Source: Macrostomum hystrix
Taxonomy: Eukaryota; Animalia; Platyhelminthes
NCBI GenBank assembly: GCA_950097015.1
Contig: CATNEN010000009.1
Span: 1,426,001 to 1,490,000, forward strand
Reading direction: 5' to 3'
DNA: 64,000 nt
The position numbers and the translations under genes were made by a program. This document shows, piece by piece, positions 50,245 through 59,627 of the stretch (position 1 is its first letter; the number at the start of each line of letters is the position of its first letter). Under the pieces are notes generated by a model that was given only the letters and a program-made list of their open reading frames with translations, was not told where the DNA came from and did not search any database.

Positions 50245-51358
50245 TCAGATGTCAGAGATGGGTTTGAGATGTCAAGGATGGGCTTGAGTTGTCACAGATG
50301 GGTTTGAGCTGTCACAGATGGATTTGAGTTGTCAAGGATGGGTTTGAGTTGTCACAGATGAGTTTGAGTTGTCGCAGATGGGTTTGAGTTGTCACAGATG
50401 GGTTTGAGTTGTCACAGATGAGTTTGAGTTGTCACAGATGGATTTGAGTTGTCAAGGATGGGTTTGAGTTGTCACAGATGGGTTTGAGTTGTCACAGATA
50501 AGTTTGAGCTGTCGCAGATGGGTTTGAGTTGTCACAGATGGATTTGAGTTGTCAAGGATGGCTTTGAGTTGTTACAGATGAGTTTGAGTTGTCGCAGATG
50601 TATTTGAGTTGTAACAAACGGTATTGAGTTGTCACAGATGGGTTTGAGTTGTCACAGATGAGTTTGAGTTGTCGCAGATGGGTTTGAGTTGTCACAGATG
50701 AGTTTGAGTTGTCACAGATGAGTTTGAGTTGTCGCAGATGTATTTGAGTTGTAACAAACGGTATTGAGTTGTCAAAGATGAGTTTGAGTTGTCACAGATG
50801 AGTTTGAGTTGTCACAGATGGGTTTGAGTTGTCACAGATGTATTTGAGTTGTAACAAACGGTATTGAGTTGTCACAGATGAGTTTGAGTTGTCACAGATG
50901 AGTTTGAGTTGTCACAGATGTATTTGAGTTGTAACAAACGGTATTGAGTTGTCACAGATGGGTTTGAGTTGTCGCAGATGTATTTGAGTTGTAACAAACG
51001 GTATTGAGTTGTCACAGATGAGTTTGAGTTGTCACAGATGGGTTTGAGTTGTCACAGATGAGTTTGAGTTGTCACAGATGTATTTGAGTTGTAACAAACG
51101 GTATTGAGTTGTCACAGATGAGTTTGAGTTGTCACAGATGTATTTGAGTTGTAACAAACGGTATTGAGCTGTCGCAGATGGGTTTGAGTTGTCACAGATG
51201 GATTTGAGTTGTCAAGGATGGCTTTGAGTTGTCACAGATGAGTTTGAGTTGTCACAGATGTATTTGAGTTGTAACAAACGGTATTGAGTTGTCACAGATG
51301 AGTTTGAGTTGTCACAGATGTATTTGAGTTGTAACAAACGGTATTGAGTTGTCACAGA
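50245..51358. repeat. 20-bp minisatellite (GTCACAGATGAGTTTGAGTT), ~55 copies
   Basis: Direct periodicity with a GTAACAAACGGTATT variant. Confidence 0.95.
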
Positions 51359-52679
51359 TTAATTTAAGGAGGTGACACCCTTTAATTTATTTGCAGAGGA
51401 GCTCGAGTAATTGTGGCTGTTCAAATTGTTGCCGGCCTATCACAAACACAGTTCCCGCAAATGCTATTGGCCAAGCCCAACTTTGTTTTGATCGCATAAG
51501 TGAAGGAGGCGCCCGTTATAACGCTCCCTGTCCTCAGAGCCACACTAAAATAGTTCTCAAGCTTGCGATCGCCAGGTGAGCCGCCTCTGATCTGGGGCTG
51601 TCATGACCAAAAATGGCTCTGCGGGCACACCCAGATGGCATTATTGACGCGGCGGTTAATCAATTTGTCCCAGACCCTCTGTTTATCCTCCTGTCGGCTG
51701 CTGCAACAACAGCGGGCCGGGATGAGGTCTCACATTCCTCTGCTGCTCCAGCCAGCACTTGCTCCCACTTGATTTGGCCCCGGCCCTACAATCTCCGTCC
51801 CCAGGGAGCCTCAGCGCCGTAATCCGATATCCCCATGAGCGGCGCAGCTGCCGGGCACTCAGTGAAAAATCATTTGCATATTAAATGAAGAAAACGCTGA
51901 CTCAGGCCGCACTGAAAGTGCTCATTGTTGCTGGAAAGTTCATGGAAACATCTCAGGGCTGATCTCTACCGCATTCCGTTCAAGGCCCAAGGCTTGGCCT
52001 CTAAAGTTCTCCCTGGGTTCTTTTGCAATTTGCTAAGCCGTCGCCCCCGGCCAACACCCAGCAGCCTAATTGACCAGCTCTTCATCTCATGTCTGGCCGT
52101 AAGCTGCCCCCAAGACTGAGCTTCATTGCAGCTCCCACAGACGGCTGGGCCAGATTCATTCAGTGCATTGAGTGCCTCTCCAACACAGAATTCAAAGCAC
52201 ATCAGCTACTGCAGCTTTATTCATATGATAATGCGCCTCCAGCCCGACTGCTCTGCGAGCGGAGTTCGCGCGAGAATGTGGGATATTTCAGTCGCAGCTG
52301 ATCAGACAGGTAAAAAGGCTATGAATAGGCTACAAATTTTATAGAGAAGCGATAGGTTGAAACTGAGATTGTACTGGATGAATTAGGCAACCAAAGCCAC
52401 TCGAATGACGGAATGTGGGACCAGTGACTCTCCGGGCCCATAAGCGATATGTGATTGGGGGGAAAAAACTGCTTCAGTGGCATGTTGGGGGCGACAAAAG
52501 TACGTCAAAGACATCAGCTTTCTTGGAAAGTGGGAGCTGAGACAATGCGGAAACTGTCACTGCTTCCTATCCTATAATGAGGGCGGCACGCATTTCATGT
52601 TTAGTCGAGTACAAAACAGTTTAAGGTCCCGCGAAGATTTGGACCCGCGGCAGTTCAGAAACAGTAAAACAACAAGCTG

Positions 52680-53352
52680 CTCATGTGGTCGATGGTCAGT
52701 CAGTCTTCTTCAGCTGTTCTTGTGGTCGATAGTCAATCAGTTTTCTCCAGCTGCTCATGTGGTCGATGGTCAGTCAGTCTTCTTCAGCTGCTCATGTGGT
52801 CGATGGTCAGTCAGTCTTCTCCAGCTGTTCGTGTGGTCGATGGTCAGTCAGTCTTCTCCAGCTGTTCTTGTGGTCGATGGTCAGTCAGTCTTCTCCAGCT
52901 GTTCTTGTGGTCGATGGTCAATCAGTCTTCTCCAGCTGTTCTTGTGGTCTATGGTCAATCAGTCTTCTTCAGCTGTTCTTGTGGTCGATGGTCAATCATT
53001 CTTATTCAGCTGTTCTTGTGGTCGATAGTCAATCAGTCTTCTCCAGCTGTTCTTGTGGTCGATGGTCAATCAGTCTTCTCCAGCTGTTCTTGTGGTCGAT
53101 GGTAAATCAGTCTTCTCCAGCTGTCCTTGTGCTCGATGTTAAATGAGTCTTCTTCAGCTGTTCTTGTGGTCGATGGTCAGTCAGTTTTCTCCAGCTGTTC
53201 GTGTGGTCGATGGTCAATCAGTCTTCTCCAGCTGTTCTTGTGGTCGATGGTAAATCAGTCTTCTCCAGCTGTCCTTGTGCTCGATGTTAAATGAGTCTTC
53301 TCCAGCTGTTCTTGTGGTCGATGGTCAATCAGTCTTCTCCAGCTGTTCTTGT
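52680..53352. repeat. 37-bp minisatellite (GTGGTCGATGGTCAATCAGTCTTCTCCAGCTGTTCTT), ~18 copies, just 3' of the GPCR stop
   Basis: Direct periodicity. Confidence 0.95.
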
Positions 53353-53407
53353 GGTAGCGCTTCAGTAAGTATCGAGGTGCAATAAAAGTGCCTCCGCCTG
53401 ACGCGTG

Positions 53408-54619
53408 TCAGACGCGATGGCTTGGCACCATCTCGCAGGCGCTGTCGAGCACTGTGGTGTCCCTCTCGGCGGTGCCGGCAGTGACGGTGCAGGTGCACAT
53501 CACGGCCAGCTTGGCCCGAAATGCGGCGCTGGTGGCGCAGAAGATCACAAAGTAGCTGCAGCTGAACAGGGAAATCACCAGATCCTGCAGGTTGATAAAC
53601 AGCGGCGATTCGGCGCCCACTCGGTCGAGCAGGATCAGCGGACCCTGGCAGACAACGAACAGCAGCCCGATGATCAGCACCACCTGAGAGCTGCGCCACG
53701 ACCAGGTTAATCGCTGCTGCGCCGGCTGCTGGGCAGGTGACAGCGACACCTCGGCCTCGGCATCGGGGCACTGCGTATCTGGCGGGTTCTGCCGCCTGGC
53801 ACAGAAAACCAGAGCGCCAAGGGTGGCCACGCAGGGCACCGCCATCAGCGGCGGCACGCCAAATTCCAGAATGTACAACACCTTGTGGATGATCTCGTGT
53901 TGAGAGTCGCTGATGTAGTCCTTGCGAAAGTACTCAGGAATCTTCTCGGCCACGAGGCGCACCAGCCCGAAGCAGCTCCCCAGCAGCAAGCAGACGCTGT
54001 ACAGGCCGTGCACGAAGCGCCTGCCGGCCAGCTTGTGGGCCAGCGAGCGGAACCGCTTGGCGATCGAGTGTAGCGTGATGAGACACACGAGCCACCACTG
54101 GCGCACGAACAGCGAGCTGTGCTTCAGGCTGCCGAAGCTAGCCAGCGCGACCAGCACGAAGAACTTGTTGTGCTCCGGCGGGCTGCTCCGGCTGTGGTCG
54201 TCACTTCTGCCTGTGTGCGAGGCAAGAAACAGGACGGAGAAAAGCTGTGAGGTGACGGTGAAGGCCAGCTCAGCGTAGCTCAGGTACAGCAAGGTGAGTA
54301 TGCTGGTGTGGGCGCGGCGGTTTCGGCATAGCTTGCTCAGCAGCAGGCAGTTTAGCAGATTCAGCACAATGGCAGCGGAATTGAGGATTAGCCGGCCGAC
54401 CAGCACGAGGCGCCAGGCCTCGAAGCCGGGCTCGTTTGGGATCAGGAGCTCGCGATCGTCCTCAACCATCTGGCTGGAGGCGCTGGAGGTCTGCGGCTCG
54501 GACAAACTGCCAACTGCTGCGCCGTGGCTGAAGCTCTGGTGATTATAAAAACTGGGCAGGCCCGCCCAGCTGTCACTTGATGAGGAAGCGAGACTGGGAG
54601 GCTGGAGGGCGCCGGCCAA
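53408..54619 (-). CDS. Divergent rhodopsin-class 7TM receptor (peptide-receptor/Srw-like)
   Basis: Open frame with seven hydrophobic helices: TM1 LNLLNCLLL, TM2 LLYLSYAEL, TM5 FGVPPL, TM6 FVVCQGP, TM7 SYFVIFCATSAAFR. The track start at 54619 is TTG; the first ATG is at 54469 (MVEDDREL), or an upstream exon exists. Confidence 0.8.
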   Translation of the reverse strand: MAGALQPPSLASSSSDSWAGLPSFYNHQSFSHGAAVGSLSEPQTSSASSQMVEDDRELLIPNEPGFEAWRLVLVGRLILNSAAIVLNLLNCLLLSKLCRNRRAHTSILTLLYLSYAELAFTVTSQLFSVLFLASHTGRSDDHSRSSPPEHNKFFVLVALASFGSLKHSSLFVRQWWLVCLITLHSIAKRFRSLAHKLAGRRFVHGLYSVCLLLGSCFGLVRLVAEKIPEYFRKDYISDSQHEIIHKVLYILEFGVPPLMAVPCVATLGALVFCARRQNPPDTQCPDAEAEVSLSPAQQPAQQRLTWSWRSSQVVLIIGLLFVVCQGPLILLDRVGAESPLFINLQDLVISLFSCSYFVIFCATSAAFRAKLAVMCTCTVTAGTAERDTTVLDSACEMVPSHRV

Positions 54620-57410
54620 GGAGGAAAACGCAACCCGATCGCCCCACGCCCACTCAGTTCTCGCCTTTCTGCCCGTCCTTCATCTGCTTGAATCCAGTTG
54701 GTCCTCGCTGCGTAGCCCATTCTCTCCCGTCTCCAGCGTCTCCCTATCCTTCATCTCTCCCGGAGTTTCAAAACGGAAGCGATAGGCAGACTGAGCCAAC
54801 CAAAGGCCAGGACTATTCTTTCCCAGAACGGGAGGACCTGCGCCGCCCATGGGGTGCTTTTGTGTCCGGGAAATGCCGGCTCCAGCTCTGGGGCGCTGAC
54901 GAGCGGAGGGCTGCTCAGTGGAGCTCAGTGCACCTCCCCCTCCCGGGCACCCTCGCGCACCTCGGCCTCAGCGCCTCCGATCGGCAATGAATAATTCATG
55001 GGGCAGAGGCGTCGGTGGAGTCGATACGACCCAGCTGAGCTCGGCTGTCATCGTGGCGCCAAGGATCAGGGGTTTGAGACAGTCCGGCAGCCCCCGGGCT
55101 GCTCAGGGACAACCAGATTCGCGCCTCGCCCTCCTCCCAGTCTCCCGGGGTAAAAAGAGACATGGGAGTTTTGTTGACATTGGGATGAGGAACATCTGGT
55201 GCAGGTCTCCCTGGCTAATCCCCTTCTCGTCATCTCCCCTTCCAGCGCTGTGAGTTCTGCTTCTCGCCCAGCGGGCTTTTCTTTGAATTCCGCCCAGCTC
55301 CGGTTTGGGCCCTGCAGCTGGGCAGCCGTTTGCCCGCATCCACAATTCATCCTCGATGAATGCCGCGGTTGCTGTTCTGTGGCTCGCCTTTTGTCTTCTT
55401 AATTGTTGTTGGGCCGCTATTTATCTGCAGGAATTGCGGCTGAGTGGGTGTGGCTTAATTTGGACTATGGAACAAAACTGACAATGCGGCCACAGGTTTG
55501 GCAATGTACTTTTGCCATAGGCTCCATAGCTCTCATTCATTAAGGGATGTTAGCTCGCGACTGATGAAGCCTGATCACGAAAACACGCGCCAGAAATTGC
55601 AGAGGAGCTCCTAAAACAAGAATCGTAAGTTAAAGTACCATCACTTTTTAGTGCAAGTTAACCACCATAAAAGTTAATTCTTGATTTTTTCCTTGAGTCT
55701 CTTAGGCCTGATGAGCAATTTACCCCTTAACAGTCTGCTCTGAACAGTGGATAGACCTCGCTATTTTCCCTGGGGAAATATACGGGGGTATTTCAAATAC
55801 CCATCTGTCCACTTCACGATAGCTCCCAAACCGAATGATTGATTATCGTGAAAGACAGCCATATGGATCAACATTTTCCGCCCTTTACGACGAACTTCAC
55901 TTTCAAAGCCGTCCGACGTCAGCATCGTCCAAGACCCTGGTGACATGGACAACTCTACAGTGCTCAGTGTAAAGCTCTTTGGCGAATCCATATTAATTTA
56001 ATAATATATTAAGTAACACTACAATCAATGCAATATAATGAACAATAATAGACGACATGGTTACATTATGGAACGTTGTTAGCGGAAAAAATATGCCTAT
56101 ATTGGTGCTTTTTGCCCCACCACCAATAATCGTTGAACATCTCGACGATGCCGATGCTTTGTGATTCTGGAAGTTTTTTCATCGCGGATGGAGCGGAAAA
56201 TGGGTCTCGTGTTTCGGATTTGTTGTGTGATTTGGTTGAACATTTTGTGATACAGAAGAAGGAAAAATGCTGAATGCTGAGAACTCCAGCAGCAGAAGCA
56301 GCTCCATTTTCACCTTCCGGCTTCATTTTCACAGCTCGTCAGGCAAAGACTGCAGTCCTCATGCGTGTCTGCTGAACTCTGCGAAATCTCAGATTTTTTA
56401 GCGAGCACCGAAGCGGAACAAAATCAATGAGCCTCCAGGGATTTCTCTTCCTTCTATAGTTCATTCACTGCTTTGCGAATTCACTTTGCAGAGCATTGGG
56501 CCGGCAGAGCTGCCATTAAAGTCCAGTGAAATTCTCATTGGGGGCGTGGATCGATTGGGAAGTCGAACTATTACCGATGTTAAGTCTCGTTCGATTGAGT
56601 TCTCGATCGGCAGGAAATTTAATCTATTTTTTTCCTTCTGTGTCACAGACATTCAGCCAAATAGTCGACCTGTGAGCAAGCCATATGGCACACAATCTGC
56701 CATGTTGAGCGGCAGCAGCAGCAGCAGCTCCTGTGTTTCTCGCCTGAAAGCCTTTGCGTGTCAGAGCTCAGGCCATATTTTGACAATCAAAGGAGCAGCT
56801 GGCAGACACACACAGGCCCAATACCAGCAACTGCTACTCATGTTTGCTGCATTTGTAATTAACAAAAAACTAGGCTGTGGCAGCCCAGTTTCCAAGGGCC
56901 AGTCCTTTATGCAGGCTGCCTAAACATCTCAAACGCCGTTAAAATTTACATGACAATGTCATGGAGTCCATTTGCATAAAATTATCTCCCTGAGGGTGCT
57001 GTCGATGTGCTGCCCACTATAGTAGCTTGTTGAGAAATTCACGATGCAGAACTAAACAAGAGTGGCATGGAAGGAATGAGGACTTCGAAGCTTAACGTAA
57101 CAGTTAATTAGTATAGATTTTGCATGTTAACTAGATTTCGTTTGTTAGTCGCTGGATGTGTTCCAACACCTGAATGACGAAACTAATTAATTTGTTTGTA
57201 TAATTTTACACGCTCTTGCAAGATGGCAATTCTTTATAGCGCAAAAACCATATCTAAAATCATTTCGTCCCAAATTTTCTTAAAATAGAAGAATAGTAGA
57301 AAACGATCGTGCTTTCTATCATTTTGTAGATGAAACAATGAGACGACTTCGTTTGTGCACTCAGCTCTAGAGGCACCCGTGTTGACAGAGATAGGGTCTA
57401 AGAAACGGTA

Positions 57411-57482
57411 ATCGAACATGCGCGACGGTCGGCTAATTAATAGGCAACTCCGAACATGTTCTTTGTTCCGCGCATGTTCGAT
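57411..57482. promoter_or_regulatory. Inverted repeat with three CATG-centred sites in the GPCR/RCC1 divergent intergenic region
   Basis: 14-bp perfect IR ATCGAACATGCGCG (57411-57424) / CGCGCATGTTCGAT (57469-57482) enclosing the palindrome GAACATGTTC. Function is inferred only. Confidence 0.35.
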
Positions 57483-58737
57483 GTAGCCTAAGAGTCGTCA
57501 ACACGGCTTCAGCTTTTTAAGTAAAACATATCTGGGTTGGAAAACGAGTAGAGAAACAAAAGAGCTGTTTCTCTGCTCAATCAGTTAGTTATGAATCTAG
57601 AAGACGCACAAATCCGTTTCTAAATAAAAAATTGTTTTATTAATGATATTTCAGAAAATAAAAGGCGATTTTTTACTTTTAAATAAGAAGCGTGTGGCGT
57701 GCAATAATTAAAATAAACACGATCGATGTGTATTAGGTGGTGCTTGCCAGACTAGGCTGCACTTTTGTCTACAAATACAGATTGCCTGCCAATCTATGCT
57801 GATACAGTTAAGTTAAGGCCTACAGTATGTCCTTAGTAAATACTCCTAATGAGTCCCTAATTCATACTTTAAAAAAAATAATTAGCTTTGCTACCAGTTA
57901 TAACTATAGGTATCAAGATTAATAGCATTTTCAGGTTCAGGTTTTGTTTTTAAAAGACAATTAAAAATGTATGCTTGTCTAACCATCTTTGAAAATAACA
58001 ACTTGGCTAAAAACTAGCTACTTTTGATAGGCCCTACTTGTCTTTAGAAGTCAGGTACATTAGGAAACTTTTTTAAATTCATTTAGCTAGGGGGCCTATC
58101 CTATATTAGCCAGGCTTTTGGTTTAATAAAGTAATAAAAAGATAATTAATAAAAAAATATTAAAACAATTAAATAATTAGTTTCCCAGTTTAGGAAGAGA
58201 GCAACTAAGAAAATTTTATATAGAAAAATACTATCACTACAATACATCAGGCAGTGAGGCAGGGTTTCTTAACCAAAAATTTTTTTTTCAATGGTTAATT
58301 TTATATCCACTTTAAACCTTATTTTTTTAATAGTGAAAATAGTTACTGAAAAATATGCTAGCTACCAAATTACCATGTGAGCATAACTGTAACATAAATC
58401 AAACAAGTTAAAAAACAAACAACTGATTTTTTCTGATAAGAAAATTTCCAAAATTTGTTAAATAATGTTATTGATCCATTACTGAGTTAAAAATAGACAA
58501 CTGGATTATCCAATTCTCTCAATAAGAAAGATTTTTATCATCTCATAGTTAAGATAATTATATCCATTCTTTCACTCCCGCACTCATTTTTGCAATCAAA
58601 TAAAAACAACATTAACAGGCATCTTATATAAGCTTCAGCTTATAGTTTATGTAGATAAATTATATTATTTATTCCACTTTAAACACACAAAATAGAAAAT
58701 AAAACCAGCTAATCCAGTTTATTATTGAGAGAATTAT

Positions 58738-59215
58738 GGCAATGTTCTACTTCCATTCGTTATATTATTTTTTTGTTTGCAAATGACTGATAATGAAAAA
58801 AAAACAAGTTTAATGGTAACAAAAAGTCAGTTGTTTGGTCACACAGTTCTGAAAAGTCTTGGTCAGTCTTTCTTCTTTCAAACCGGGTAATAGTGCCTAA
58901 TCCAGTAGAGGAGGGCACCGAAGCTATTCTTGGGGTATAGACGGTGCCATAAGAATTCTTCGAGGTGGCTTTCGAATAGAGCAGCACTCGTGCCATGCAT
59001 TTGACACAGCTTGGCCTTCGCGAAATCTTCAGCTGCAGAATTTCTGTGCTTTAGCTTCCTGTTCCCCCCATATTTGCCAGATTTTGCAATAGACATAGAT
59101 CCAAGTGTCAAGTCACGGCAAAGCCATGTCAGCACAACTTTTTCAAACTCAGAATCCACATGTGGCACGAATACAAATGAAAAAATAATATAACAAATGG
59201 AAGTAGAACATTGCC
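58738..59215 (-). mobile_element. Non-autonomous Merlin DNA transposon (IS1595/ISXO2-like transposase remnant), 478 bp
   Basis: 36-bp TIR GGCAATGTTCTACTTCCATT(C/T)GTTATATTATTTTTT with one mismatch; 8-bp TSD AGAATTAT at 58730-58737 and 59216-59223; minus ORF 59168..58878 ends AKAKLCQMHGTSAALFESHLEEFLWHRLYPKNSFGALLYWIRHYYPV, the ISXO2-like C-terminal pattern. Confidence 0.88.
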
Positions 59216-59627
59216 AGAATTATAGTACAAAGTTATAAAGAATTATAAATCAGCAGCTAATCTATATTTCTAAGCTGGTTTTCTTGGAAATCAAACTACA
59301 GTGACAGGGCTTATAAATAGGAATGACCTATGGATCCTGCAATTAAAGTTTTGCTTTAGATATTTATATGATATATCAAGCTTTTTTATCATTAACTGTT
59401 TTAATAGCTTTTAGATATTTATTTTGCTATTTTAGCCTTATGAGCAAGCTGTTATTAATTATATGTCGAGCGTTTCAATGACTTTAGACCTAAATATGAT
59501 AGACCCTATCGAATAAAAGAGTTATAGGACAATGACTTAAGCTAGGCAAATTATGCATAAGCTGGGCCTACAGATGTGTAAGCAAAGCTGTAAAATGCAT
59601 TGCAGCCAAAAAGCGAATCACCAAGCA

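Noticed and set aside
55555-55600. Hammerhead-like CTGATGA...GAAA
   Set aside because: The intervening sequence cannot form stem II and no convincing stems I/III are present.
55761-56652. Three consecutive minus-strand ORFs as exons of a gene
   Set aside because: No recognisable domain, AT-rich codon usage unlike the real exons, and no consistent splice signals identified.
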